Assembly (NCBI RefSeq): GCF_963921235.1
Contig: NC_086118.1
Span: 21,702,001 to 21,766,000 of the forward strand
Length of the DNA: 64,000 nucleotides
Source: Mobula hypostoma
Lineage: Eukaryota
Direction of reading: 5' to 3'
Part shown: piece by piece, positions 22,923 to 35,631 of the stretch
Numbering within the stretch: position 1 is the first letter of the stretch
Layout: the number at the start of each line of letters is the position of its first letter
The notes under the pieces: generated by a model
Seen by the model: only the letters and a program-made list of their open reading frames with translations
What the model was told of the DNA's origin: nothing
Databases searched by the model: none
Translations under genes and position numbers: made by a program

Positions 22923-25659
22923 TAAGGTCTCATACGATGTGTTTGCAAATTCAGTTTTGCATTGCTGTCTACTCATGGTGGCCTTGCACTTCCTTGCTTA
23001 TCTACATATCTCTGCGTACCTCTGTCTTCCAAGGTTGTTTCCACCACTCTTTGAGGAAGAGAATTCCAAAGATTTACAATTCCCTGAGAGAGAAAAAAGA
23101 TCACTTTATCTCTATCTTATATGAGCCACATAACAGTGGCTTCTGGCAATCTACATAACTTTTATTTAAGCAAGTTCTTTACTCACTTCCATTCCAATAT
23201 TATTTCCCACAACTATGAGCCATTCTCATTTTTGAATCCATATTCAATTCACTTTTAAAAGTTATAATTTCCTTTAAGGCCGTGCGTTCTAGAAAACGTT
23301 GACCAACTGAATGCCTTTCCACCCCCCTCACCCCCCTCACCCCCCTCACCCTTGTTGACCATTATTCTAAACCGATCATTCAACCTTTTGTGTTGCTCCC
23401 TGTGGTGGCAACGTCCTTTTTTTTATTAGTTTTACCAAAATTGTTCTGACAGTTTCCCTCTAGTGTCCAGATAAACGTGTAAGTTTGTGTTGAGCGATAA
23501 TGCAAATGATCTTTTGCATTTTTGTCTCTCTCCTGCTCTTCTCTCCCTAATTAATCTACATAAAGCCTGGGTATACCAGTGCTGCATTGAGGCCATCGAC
23601 TGTATTACACATTACAGATTGACAAAGTGGTATTTCATCAGATGCTAACAGCCTTTTAGTGAAGGATTTATAGTTATTTCAGAGTTCATGATATATCTGC
23701 AATTTATCAAAGCTTAGACCTGACAGATTTAGCAACTTTAATCTAAAACAGCAACATTTGGATATTAATGTGTGATCATTTTCTGTGAGTAAGAGGTCTC
23801 TCGTGACTAGCTATGTAGAATATCAGGAGTTGCAGATCCTGTCAGTGCTGGACTTCAGTTCCATGTGAAGGGACGTATTCAGTTTTCTCCCGTCCTCTGA
23901 GCTTCCCTCGTTGCTCATCTCTCCACAAAGGACCTGGAACAAGAACCCATTATAATTGCTTAAGCATGATTAGAGTTTTAGGCAGCACTGAGACTTGAAC
24001 CCATGACCTTGTGTTCTGGAGGCAAGCCCTTTAGCCAAACCCAGCATGAGGTCACATTGAAAAGGTGCTTTATACTTGGTTTAATCAGTGTGCTGAAGTT
24101 TTTTTGACCTTAGGCAAAGGGATTTTTTTTGTTTTTGAAGATAAATGGTTGCATGCACCTGTTGAATTGTTTCGTCAGATCTGCAGTCTCGGCTGATGAA
24201 GCACCTGTACAGAGGTGACCGCCCACGCCCTCTGGCTTTTGTGCTCTCTAAATAACAAAACCTATTGTTTCAACACACTGCACTGACTTCATTGTTTTCC
24301 TCTGATCCTGGAGTGGGCGAACCAGTGGCTGTTGGATTTAACATTATCAGGCAAAGGACAGATGCTGGCTGCTGGCACATTGCTCATCCAGGCCCACAGG
24401 TGTCGCCTCTGACATCATTCTCAGCTGCAGGCGAAGAACCAGTCACCTGTTCCTTGGTACTATTAGAGTGGGGCCGATAAAGCAGAACTCTTTCAAATGC
24501 TGTGACATAACCTTGCTGGAGGGCTAAACTCTGTTAAATCACACAAAGGTGTGTCATTAGGGGCCTTTGACCTGGAAACAGGGCTTGTTTTGTCTGCTGC
24601 TACTGTCTGAATTAAAATAGACAAAAAATATTAAATACAAATCGTGGCAATGTTTGGTCCTTGATTCTCTGACCTTCAGAAGTTAAAGTATATTGTTTGG
24701 GATAATGGTATACTACCGATGACAATAGGCTAACATCTATTATCATTGCTGATAATCTGTTGAAATGAGTGGCTTTCAGGGCCATTTCACACAGTAGTTA
24801 AGAGTTAACCATTCCTGACAGACTGGAGTCATATGTAGATCTCGCAAGTGCTACGATTAAACTGCAAGTATGGACTCGTATTCCAGATTAATAACAATAG
24901 ATCAGCTATTTGATTGTCATAATGCAATACTTTTTCCTGGGCTCCTCATTGTCTACTTGCAGCAACTTTAACCAGTCCATTCAGTAAATTGAGAAGGAAC
25001 TCCCAGTCGCTGAAACTGCCTGGGGGAGGTTTCTCCCAACATTTGAGAAAACAGTGCAGGGAAATATCATGCAGATGGTGACTGAAGAGGTTCTTTCTGT
25101 GCTATATGAACGCATGATTCTAAGCCTCTTTAGGTACACACACACACACACACAAACAAACAAAATAACACTGCAAAAGATGCTGGAAATCTGAAATGAG
25201 AACAGAAATTGCAGGAAATTCTACACAGCTCAGGCATCATCTAGAGAAAAGAAGAGTTGAAAGCCTGAACCTAGGTGGTAAAAAAAAACTGGCAGACAGA
25301 TCCCAGCCAAAGAATTTGTCTGTGGACATTACACAGAGTTTAGTGGTGAAGAAGGAACTTCCAGAGACCTGCTGGTGAATCCTGCAATGGGACAAGGCCC
25401 ACAAAATAAATTTTATATGAGGCAGAAGTATTAGAACAAGGTAAGTTGGGATCATTTAATTATTTGGGTTTTATTTACAATATTTAATTTGGATTTAAGT
25501 ACTTAATTATATTTTCTAATTGTTTCTTTCATATTTAATAGTTTTGAACTATTGGTGAATATCAGGGATAATGATGAACGTTTCTAAAAATCATGATAGC
25601 TTTGACAAATAGCACAGTAAGGGGTGTGACCTTCCTGTCAATCAATTTCTTTTCACAAA

Positions 25660-25870
25660 GAAATTTTGAGATACAACACGGTTATAGGCCCTTCCGGCCA
25701 AATAAGCCCGCACCACCCAATTGCACCCATGTGAACAATTAACCTACTGATCTTTGGAATGTGGGAGGAAACTGAAACACCTGGAGGAAACGCAGTCACG
25801 GGGAGAATGTGTAAACACCATACATACAGCAGTGAAATGTTCATGGAAAGCTGGATCTGCAGCACTACAT
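25660..25870 (-). mobile_element. V-SINE-like SINE
   Basis: Reverse-complement V-domain core (ggaatgtgggaggaaactgaaacacctggaggaaac). Confidence 0.7.
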
Positions 25871-26799
25871 GACGGGTGGTCAAAGGGGGCACGAATTCCT
25901 CTAGGTAAAAGTTAAATCTGCTTCTGATGACAGGAATTTCCTCTTGGCCAAAGAGTGGGTCAGACTTCAGTCACCTCAGACCAGATTGCCCAGTCTGCCT
26001 TTCCTGTACAGATGTTGATTTGTGTCTCTGATTTGGGATGTAATGAGGAGGAAATGTTTTTCTGGATGAATGAGATGAAATGTGTAGAATGGCCTTATGT
26101 GTCTAGGAAGACAAGACAGCTTTCAAACAGAACCGAGTGTGTCACGTCTTTTCCCCTCCTTTCCTCCACTAATACAGCAGAATCATATTTGAAGTAGCTG
26201 AAGAATTTGTCGGAGAGCTACTCTTTTACGATATGAATATTTTTAACATAATCGGCATATTTTCAGACTGTGTTTTGGTAATTTTGGGTTGCTATTGCCG
26301 TTTTATTTTTGGAATGGTATTTGATATGCAGACACTCACTCGTGAGGCAAGACATACTGAACACTATGTTAACTTTGGCTTGTGATCAGCTAACACCCGC
26401 CAGAAGCATGCAGTGTATGCAGAGCATGGCATCAATTAGCGTGCAGCACTCCAGACAACACCCTTTCTCAATCAAGTGTTGCTAAGCATGCATTCAGCTC
26501 AAAGAGTGACTTCAGAGTTTTTTTTAAAAGGGAGAAATAACCACTTTAAGGATACTGGCTCTTACAGTAGGATATTGCTATGATGGTGCAAGAGGTTGAA
26601 ATTTTTTATAGTTCCTTAAGATGGCTATGCTCAGTAGGAAGGTACTGAAGGACATTATCTGGTCTTCAAAGATTCTGCACAATACCAGTTGGACTTGGGG
26701 AGCCCCTCATGGTATAGTGTGACAGGCAGAAAAAGAAGAGTCCACACAGAATGGGTAGTCAGAGAGGAAGGAAAAGAACAGAGTCTAGGACCAGAGGGC

Positions 26800-27095
26800 A
26801 GAATAAAAGGACATCCCCTTAGAACAGAAATGGTGAAGAATTTCTTTAGCCAGATGGTGGTGAAACTGTGTAATTCATTGTCACAGTTGACAGTGGAGGC
26901 CAAGTCATTGGGTATATTTAAAGTGGAGGTAGATAGCTTCTTGATTCGTAAAAGATTTCAATGTTTATAGGGAGAAGACAGAAGAATAAGATTGAGAGAG
27001 AAAATGAATCAGCCATGATTGAATGACAGAGCAGACACAATGGGCGGAATGGCCTCATTCTGCTCCCACTGTATGTCGTGTGGTCTTATGATCTA
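26800..27095 (+). mobile_element. CR1 3' end
   Basis: RTEMVKNFFSQMVVKLCNSL..IFKVEVDSFL plus the CR1 tail GGTCTTATGATCT. Confidence 0.85.
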
Positions 27096-27342
27096 AGAGT
27101 GCGATACCATTTTGGGGTACAATTCTCCATCCTAAATCTTAGTGGGAGTAAGGGAGGAGTTATCTGAACTCCAGTCAAGGTGTGTTCATGGAAATTTGCA
27201 CCAGAAACCTCAAAGTGGGGCATGGACTGCTTTGCTAGTACTGCCAAAGTGACAATGGCAAAAAAAATTGTATGTTACTGGCTCAATGCACCAGAGATCA
27301 CAGACATTCTCTTTTCAAAAACAGCAGTACACTGAAATGCAG

Positions 27343-30230
27343 GCTAGTTAAAAGAACCCATAATATGCAGCATTTGGTTCAATATAAGAAAGCACAGGCA
27401 GTGGTGAGAAGAACTATACATCAAGCTAAAAGGGCAAGTTGGAGGAGTTTTTGCGACAAGATAGGAAGAACAACACCTGTGGGAGAGATATGGGGAATGA
27501 TTAAGAGGATGGGAGGAAATAGAAGGGAATGGGAATATCCAGTAATGATATCTGAGGAGGAAACTGCAGTCTCCAGTAGGGATAAGGCTGAGATCATGGC
27601 CAGGTCATTTGTACTGATACACAGTTCAGAAAATTTGTCTGATGAAGGGAGAAGGAGAAGGGAAAGAATAATGAGCCAACACCCAGGTGTGTTAAACAGG
27701 AGGGAAAGAACAGATGATATAATTGATGATCCATTTACATTAGCAGAAATGGTGAGAGCAATAAAGAAATCGAGACCAACCTCCCCAGGGAAAGATCTGG
27801 TACGCTCTGTGATGCTAAAAAATCTGGAGAAGGAGCGCTCTTGAAGTTGCTGCTTTTTTATAACAGAGTGTGGGAGGAGGGAAGATTACCAAGTGCATGG
27901 AAAGAAGCAGTAGTAATTCCAATAAGGAAGCCTGGCAAGGATCCGTCAAAACCCACTAGCTACGGACCAATTGCATTAACATCAAGTATATGTAAGATAA
28001 TGGAAAGGATGATAACAGAAAGGTTGTCGTATGAGCTTGAGAAAAGGGGAATGCTGGCAAGTTATCAGAGTGGTTTTAGAAAGGGAAGGAATTCCATGGA
28101 CTCAGTGATAAGGTTAGAGACTGAAATAAGGAAGGCCCAGGCAAATAGAGAGTCAGTAGTGGCAGTGTTCTTTGACATTGAAAAAGCCTATGATATGACG
28201 TGGAAGGAAGGATTATTAATTAAACTGCACAAGATGGGGATTGGTGGGAGAGTTTTTAATTGGATTAAAGATTTTTTGTTTGGTAGAAAAATTCAAGTTC
28301 GGATTGGATCAGAATTATCAAAACAGTACATAGTGGAAAATGGCACACCTCAAGGTAGTGTGATTAGCCCGTTACTTTTCATCATTATGATCAATGATGT
28401 CTTCACAAAGGTACCAGTGGGTATAGGTAGGTCACTGTTTGCGGATGATGGGGCCTTGTGGAAAAGAGGCAGGAACATGGGCCATATAATCAGGAAACTA
28501 CAAGAAGCAATTGATGAAGTGGTGGAGTGGGGTTATGATTGGGGATGTAGATTTTCAGTAGATAAAACTCAAACTGTATTTTTTACCAGGAAAAGAGTTG
28601 AGGTAGGGAAGAAGTTAAGGATGTATGGGGTTGAATCAGAAAGGGTTGCATTATTTAAATTTCTGGGAGTTATATTTGGTTCACGATTAACATGGGCAGA
28701 CCATATCAGGAAAGTTGAGGAGAAATGTTAAAAAGTAATAAATGTGATGAGATGTTTGACTGGTAGGGAATGGGGAGCAAGTTGTTCAGCTTTGAAGAGA
28801 ATGCATGTGGCTTTAGCGAGATCTGTGTTGGACTATGGAAATATAGCATATGGATCAGCAGCTAGGTCTCTTATAAGGAAACTGGATGTGATTCAGGATC
28901 AGGCCTTGAGAGTGTGCAGTGGAGTTTTTAAAACGTCACCAGTGTCAGCCCTACAGGTAGAAATGGGAATAATGACTTTGGAACTAAGAAGGATGCAACT
29001 GATGGCAAACTACTGGGCTAATTTGTACAGGCACAATGATTCTCACCCTGCTAAAGGAGTGTTGCAGGAGTGCTGGGAAAATGGGAGGTTTCAGAGGGAT
29101 ACCTTTAGTCGGGTAGGGAATGATATCGCGAAAGAATGTGGAGTGTTTGATCTGAGGATAAGTCCTTCAGTAGTTTATCCGGTTGTAGCTCCATGGAAGT
29201 TTGTATGGCCTGACATAGACTGGCATTTGTTAGAGGTAAAAAGGAAAGAAAGATATAAAACAGATTTGGTAAATGCATTTAACTGTCACGTGATGGAAAA
29301 GTATAGTGATTATACTCACATTTATACGGATGGTGCGAAGGAACCTGAAACAGGCGTTACAGGGTTTGGGGTGGTTATACCAGCAAAAGGAATTGGAATC
29401 AGCAGAAGAACATTTAATAAGTTAGGGGTGTTTACATTGGAGATGCTGGCAGTGTTGGTTGCGTTGCAATGGGTGCAGAAAGCCAGACAAGTCAAAGCAT
29501 TGATATGTTCAGATTCATCCTCAGTTCTAGCAAGTTTAAGGTCTTTTCACACAAACAGTCGGCAAGATGTACTTTATGAAGTCCTTCAGTCAGTCACAAG
29601 AATTGCAAATCAGGGAGGTCAGGTAAAATTTCTATGGGTTCCAGCACATGTAGGGGTGAAGGGGAATGAGAGGGTGGATGAGTTGGCAAAGAGGGCGTTA
29701 AAGAAAGAAAGTGTGGAAATGCACATTAGTATCAGTAAAGCAGAGGTTAAGTGTGTAATCTCGGAAAAAGTCAACCGAATGTGGCAAGAAAGATGGGACA
29801 GGGAGGGGAAAGGGAGGCATTTATATCAAATACAAAAGAGTGTTGCAGGTATTAGGGTAGGTAATGGAAACAGAAGAGAGGAAATTGTATGGACTAGGTT
29901 AAGGCTGGGGCATTGTGCATTAAACAAAACATTGAAAATTTTTAGGGAAACACCAGACAGGATTGTGTGAGGAATGTCAGGAAGAGGAGTCAGGAGAACA
30001 TGTAGTTTTGTGTTGCAGGAAGTATGGGATACAGAGAGAGATGATGAGAAATAAATTAAGGGAGTTGGGGGTGCAGGAATTCACATTAAAAGGGTTGCTG
30101 GGCATGGGTGAGAGAGCACAAGTCCGGGTATTTTTAGCGTTTTTAAGGGGTACAGGGGTTTTTTATAGGATATGACGGATAAACAGGAATAGGGTACTAG
30201 GATGGTCAAAGATGAGAGGGTAAAGTGTAG

Positions 30231-30277
<47 letters not shown>

Positions 30278-30400
30278 CGCGCGATTGGGTGAAGAGATTT
30301 AGAATATATGTCTAGTGCACATTCTGGAGCAGAGGGTGGCGGTAATGCACCATTAAGCTGGATGCTGACCGCTGTAAAACAAGATACAGACAGACAGACA
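27343..30400 (+). mobile_element. 5'-truncated I-group (Nimb-like) LINE with RT, RNase H and a C-terminal Zn-knuckle
   Basis: 9-bp TSD GAAATGCAG (27334-27342, 30401-30409). RT QSGFRKGR, FFDIEKAYD, GTPQGS, LFADD; RNase H IYTDGAK, CSDS, WVPAHVGVKGNERVDELAK; CEECQEEESGEHVVLCC. 3' end GGTGGCGGTAATGCACC and an (ACAG)n tail. About 3 disabling lesions. Confidence 0.95.
30234..30282. repeat. (GT)n microsatellite in the LINE 3' UTR
   Basis: Perfect run grading into (GC)n. Confidence 0.95.
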
Positions 30401-30849
30401 GAAATGCAGCTTCAAGGTGGTTATAAACGTCCCTGTGGTGTGCAGAACCATTATCACATGCATGTTGTTTAGCCAGAAGTGCACATATACTTCGCCATGG
30501 AAACTGAGACAGATTTCACTTGCATCCTGCTGGTATGTAACACAAATCGGACTGGCCAGTGCCCATTATGAGAGCAGTCAAGTTGTCTAATCTGTGGTAG
30601 TCCACAATGCTCGTGCTATTTGAGCCACCGCGACCAATCAGTGAGTAGCTACTGGACAACAAGAGGGTCATGCACCAACAATGTGGTGCGTAAGTCTATG
30701 CTCAGCTGACACAAATGTGTCGCAAAGAAATTCATGGGGTCGCATGAGAAGGGATAGAGTGGACTATCCACGTGGTCAAACAGAGCTTGGGCAGCACTGT
30801 GCCCTGGTCCGGCAGTACTAGGAGCAATCTTCTCTGAGCATCATCACCT

Positions 30850-31260
30850 TATCATGGTGGACAGGCTTGTGAATTCCTGAGACCTGAGAGTGATGCTATC
30901 TGGTGCTTAGCCCCTGGTAAAGTCACCCATGGAGGTAAGTGCAAGGGGGAGGTTCCAGAAAAAGACCAATCCAACCAAGACCTCAATGGTGTGGAGTTGG
31001 CAGAAGGTGATGACACATCACAATGGCAGGGAAGGTAGAGGAAGGCTGCAAAAGTGAAGGGTCCCCAGTTGTCCTGTGCTCCAAGCCACAGGACCTGAGT
31101 CCGATCTGTCAACGACTATGTGGTGACTGTTCATGCATCAGCTTCCTCACGTTAAACAAGGTCATGCGCAGGCATTTTCCATTCAGGGAAATCACCCTAA
31201 CATCCCAGTTACATGGATACCGGGTTGGCCTCTACACGTACCTGAGGACCCACCAACACA
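30850..31260 (+). mobile_element. Probable RTE/Rex3-like 5' region fragment
   Basis: GCCCCTGGTAAAGTCACCCATGG...GGTTCCAGA resembles RTE-clade 5' UTRs as recalled; not verified by alignment. Confidence 0.4.
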
Positions 31261-32018
31261 CAATTCCTTTGGCGAACCACCCTGCTCAACCCAATTGATC
31301 ACAATTCTACTACTACTTGGAACAGTGGTCCAGATTAGTTGACGTCTGGTTTGAAATGCATAATCTGATCATCATTGAACCTGGCCCTTGTCGGACTTGA
31401 CTCTATGTGTTGGCTCCTGGATGACCTGGTACATTCTCTGATAAAACACTGGAGCTGTATCCTGCTGTGTTCTACCTGCCTGGCTCCATACATTATCCCT
31501 GAACCTGAGATGACGATCAGCACGTTAATACCATTTGTGCCTTCTGTTGTTGATTAATAGTTGGTGTTCACCTTCCAATATAAAAATGGCCTTCTTGAGA
31601 CTAATTTATCAGTAACAATGGTTTGGGGGAGAAAAATGAAATACTTTGTTTAGAGCAGATTTTGGTTGGCTATGGTCAGGTCAGATTTAATTTTTTTTAT
31701 CCTCCCGAGGCTTTTGTACCAATCTTACAGAGAACATCTGAGGGGGAACGGAAGGGGAGCAGCAACTTTGATTGGTCCTTGCCGGATCACAGGCACAAAA
31801 TAAGGGACAGACTAATTGCCACTTGCAGCTTCGGGGTTTGCTGGATTGTGCAGTCACCCAACAGAACGGTGTCCTTGGCTCTCTCTGCCTGCTTCAAATT
31901 CATCCATGACCAGACTGTTCGGGGCTTCACATGACCTGCGTGTGGGGCAAGTTTCGGTCCCGCACTGGAATGAATCCTCATCCGCATAGTGTGAGTTGTA
32001 GATCTAGATTGGGTGCTT

Positions 32019-32034
32019 ACTGCCATCTAGTGGA
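32019..32034 (-). promoter_or_regulatory. CTCF-binding motif
   Basis: Minus strand TCCACTAGATGGCAGT matches the CCASYAGRKGGC core; GCACAGTA upstream resembles the upstream module. Confidence 0.55.
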
Positions 32035-32553
32035 AGCACAAATACTGTGCCAGGAATCTCAAGAGACTATTTAAATTTATTACAGCAAATAACTTGTTTA
32101 ATTCCTAAGACATTACTGTAAGGTTCTACAAAGTCTGCAGTTTATGACCAATATTTTTCTATCAGAAGTCTTGAAGCCATCAAGAGCAAAATGATAGGAG
32201 ATCTGCACGATTTGGATTTAACCAGACTTTACTGCTGTGTATGAGCTGTAGTTCCAGTGTTACTTTCTTCCCCTATTGTCTCATATTTCTTTCCCCCTTT
32301 CCTTCAGCCTCCTTTCTAACATACTTAAATAATGACAGCCTCTCTCCTTTGGTCACTGCATTCCACTGTCTCATAATCATCTGTGTAAAATAGTTTCACA
32401 GTTCTCTTTTCTGTCTATCTCTTTTCCCTCTGTGACCTGTCTCTCTAGATTTCTCAAGCGGGCCAAAACAGAACCCGCCAGTCACGTGCATTCCTAACCG
32501 TGGCAACTTGATGTGCCAAACACAGATCCTTCACTCCTACTTGGTGACTATTT

Positions 32554-32800
32554 GGTGGCACAGTAGTGTAGTGGTTAGCACAATGCCTTTACAGGACCAG
32601 TGACTTGGATTCAATTCCTGCCACTGCCTGTAAGGATTCATGCCTTTGCCCTGTGGCCACGTGGACCTTCTCTGTTTTCCTGCCACAGTCCAAAGGTGTA
32701 CCAGTTGGTAGATTAACTGGTCATCATAAATAGTTCTGTGATTAGGCTAGGATTAAATCAGGGGATTGCTGGGAGGCGCACTGTACCTCAATCAATAAAC
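32554..32800 (+). mobile_element. V-SINE-like SINE with tRNA head
   Basis: A-box TAGTGTAGTGG and B-box GATTCAATTCC, followed by the V-like core. Confidence 0.8.
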
Positions 32801-34139
32801 TAAAAATATAATCTCTTATTCACTGATTTGAATTTCGTTCGTTTATTCTTCTGACTTCTGAAATGCCTGCTTCGCTGCCGCTGCTACTGTGCGATCGAGA
32901 ATCTCCGGAGACGAGGGCCCCAAATCCTCGGCTTTGCGTATCGCTTGTTGCCGGGGCCGGGGTCAAAACGCTCGGCAGATGGTGCTCGGTGCTCGGTGTC
33001 GAACAGGCGGTCGGAAGCTCGGAGTTTTTCGGACAGACTCAGAATCGGACTGTGGTCGGATGCTTCCGGGATGCTGCACCAGCAAGTTGGCGGCGCTGGA
33101 GGTTCACCGTCTGCGTGAGATGATGGGACTTTTGAGAGGCTCTGAGACTTTTACTGTGCCATGGTCTGTTCTTATCAAATTATGGTATTGCTTTGCACTG
33201 TTGTAACTATATGTTATAATGATGTGGTTTTTGTTAGTTTTTAAGTCGATTTGTCGTGTGTTTTCGTGATATCATTCTGGAAAAACATTTTTATCATTTC
33301 TTAATGCATGCATTATTAAATGACAATAAAGGGGGACTGTGTCCTCATAATCATAAAATTATTCCTTTTGAGTGCTACTGTCCCAGTGGTGAATAAATAT
33401 GAAATGAGGGTGTTAAGTTTGATGTTAGGATGGTAATTCTCATACAATGGTTCCTGTCTAGTTATGTTCTATGGCGTGTTGCGAAAGAGCTCATGAAGTT
33501 GGAGTCACCTGCAAGACTGCAGATGTTGGAGGAACTCAGAATGAACTGCTGCCTTCCTGTTGAGTTCCTCCAGCGCTTTCTGCTCGTTACATGGTGTTAG
33601 ACTGCCTGAGCATGTGACTAAGGCAGAGCTAGCATTTACTCCAAAACAACATTGTTAGCCCATGAGACAGCAAGATTTATTGAAAAGTAGCTTTTGAAGG
33701 ACTGAAAGAGAAGAATGGGTGGAGAAGTTAAGGTGTTTATAAGTGCTAATAGTGCACACAAATCTAATCATCCAACAAGATCAATGGGATGAAAAGAGTG
33801 ATTTGCATTCAATACTCTTGCACGTATTCAGGAGCATTACTCATCCTGGTTCAACCACTTTTTTGCAGTGCTGTTGGTTTTGCTTTGACCGAAATTTGAC
33901 TTAATGGAGTGATGGCACCGTATTCCACGGGCTTCAGGCAGCATCAAAGTGCAGCTGCCAAGTCATGGACACCAGGCCTCAGCTCATCACTTGAGTAGGG
34001 AGATCGACTCTGAAACGGAGCCAGTCAGCAGGTTGCGAGTAGGAGGAGAAGGGGAAGCTTGGCTGTGTCAGCAACATGCCAAAAAACATTCAACAGAGCA
34101 AACAAGTGTATTCCTGTCTGTCCTGGACTGAAAACAAAA

Positions 34140-34620
34140 ACGTGGCCTCCTCTACTGCCATGATGAGGCTAAACTCAGGTTGGAGGAGCAACACCTCGTA
34201 TACCGTCTAGGTAGTCTCCAGCCCCTTGGTATGAACATAGAATTCTCCAATTTCTGGTAATTCCCTCCCCCTCCCTTTCCCTATCCCTATTTCACTCTAC
34301 CCCCTCCCCCAGCTGCCTACCACCTTCCTCATGGTTCCACCTCCTTCTACTACCCATTGTGTTTTCCCCTATTCCTTCTTCACCTTTCCTGCCTATCACC
34401 TCCCTGCCTCCCCTCCCCCACCCCTTTATCTTTCCTCTTACTGGTTTTTCACCTGGAACCTACCAGCCTTCTCCTTCCCACCCTCCCCCCACCTTCTCTA
34501 TAGGGCCTCTGCCCCTTCCCTCTACAGTCCTGACGAAGGGTTCCAGCCCGAAACGTTGACTGATCGTTTCCACAGATGCTGCCTGACCTGCTGAGTTCCT
34601 CCAGCGTGTTGTGAGTGTTG
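34140..34620 (+). mobile_element. Penelope-like element 3' end (endonuclease C-terminus + pyrimidine-rich UTR)
   Basis: Encodes LLYCHDEAKLRLEEQHLVYRLGSLQPLGMNIEFSNFW*, then a CT-rich UTR, the hammerhead and the shared GATGCTGCCTGACCTGCTGAGTTCCTCCAGC tail. Confidence 0.88.
34525..34562 (+). ncRNA. Minimal type I hammerhead ribozyme motif
   Basis: CAGTC-CTGACGA-A-GGG ttccag CCC-GAAA-CG-TT-GACTG: stem I, CUGANGA box, stem II, GAAA, palindromic mini stem III and a GUU site. Confidence 0.8.
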
Positions 34621-34869
34621 CTTATTCAATGGTTAGATTGCTTTGCTCCTCAGGTAATCAGAACAAAAGTCTGTGGAGCATACTTCTATGTTTGTACCTG
34701 AACTTCAAAGTCAAAACCGAACTTCAAATGGATACTCGTTCATTATGTGCCCTGTCATATGATCATGACTACGATTGTTCTTGGCAAATATTTCTGCAGA
34801 AGTGGTTTACCATTGCCTTCTTCTGGGCAGTATCTTTACAAGATGGGTGACCCCAGTTGATTATCAATA

Positions 34870-35360
34870 GTTTGATGTTGTGGTTTGCACCAGGCTTGGA
34901 AATTAGCTTTCAGGTCTTTTATCACCAGTCGAGGTGACATCCTCAGTGTGTAGTTGTTGGTGTTTCTCTCTAGGAGTGATTGTATTTACATAAGCCCCCA
35001 GTTGCTTGCCTCATCCTGATTGGCTACCCCTTCAGTTGACCTTTGAATTCTATTGGCTCACATCTCTTTGACGCTTAGAGATTTGTAGATGGTGTTTATT
35101 TTGATACGTTTGTTTATGGAGTTATCAGAAGAGAACCACCCTTCTAAAAATTCTCATGCCTGCTTTGTGTTTGCCTCAGTGAAAGTGGTGTCCTTTGCGG
35201 TCTTCATGTACCAAGATCAGCGACAGTGGATCATGTCTCTGCACCGCCAGTTTGTGTTTCCGTAAGTGAGTTGAAAGTTTACGTCCTGTCTGGCCAACAT
35301 AGTTCTTGTTGCAACAGGTGACACCACATTGCTTTTGTCGGATTTCTTTACTGGTACCTT
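34870..35360 (-). mobile_element. Second Penelope-like family fragment (GIY-YIG), nested in another repeat
   Basis: Minus-strand translation KSDKSNVV / CCNKNYVGQTGRKLSTHLRKHKLAVQRHDPLS. Confidence 0.8.
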
Positions 35361-35631
35361 ATCATCACTCTTCAGAAACTGTCTGCCTGGCGTCAGTGGT
35401 CACATAACCAGGACTTGTGATATGCACCAGTAAGACCAGTAAGACCTGCCTCCCTGATCAGGGGGCTAGGCAGGTCGCTATACCTTGCCCAAGGGTGACC
35501 TGCAGGCTGGCAGAGGGAAGGAGCACCTCACACCCCCTTTGGTGGAGACATAGCTCCACCCTGCTACCCCAATTAGATACTAAAGAAACCTATTCCTGAT
35601 TCGGACTGGAGAACTAAGCTAAGCAGTTGGA

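Noticed and set aside
24988..25135. Open ~49-codon frame (IEKELPVAETAWGRFLPTFEK...) ending at a GT
   Set aside because: An in-frame TAA lies immediately after the nearest AG, the donor is weak, and no homology is recognised.
26178..26385. Acceptor-like site followed by a ~68-codon open frame (RIIFEVAEEFVGELLFYD...)
   Set aside because: No recognisable protein, no partner exons and only a weak donor; left uncalled.
27272..27342. N-terminus of the 190-aa ORF as the LINE start
   Set aside because: It lies outside the TSD; it is flanking DNA read in frame into a 5'-truncated element.
32554..32625. tRNA gene
   Set aside because: A and B boxes are present but there is no cloverleaf, and it continues into a SINE body.
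32860..33350. Second CpG-rich patch as a promoter
   Set aside because: It runs into a retroposon-type 3' end (AATAAA plus a CATAAT repeat tail); more likely a young repeat.
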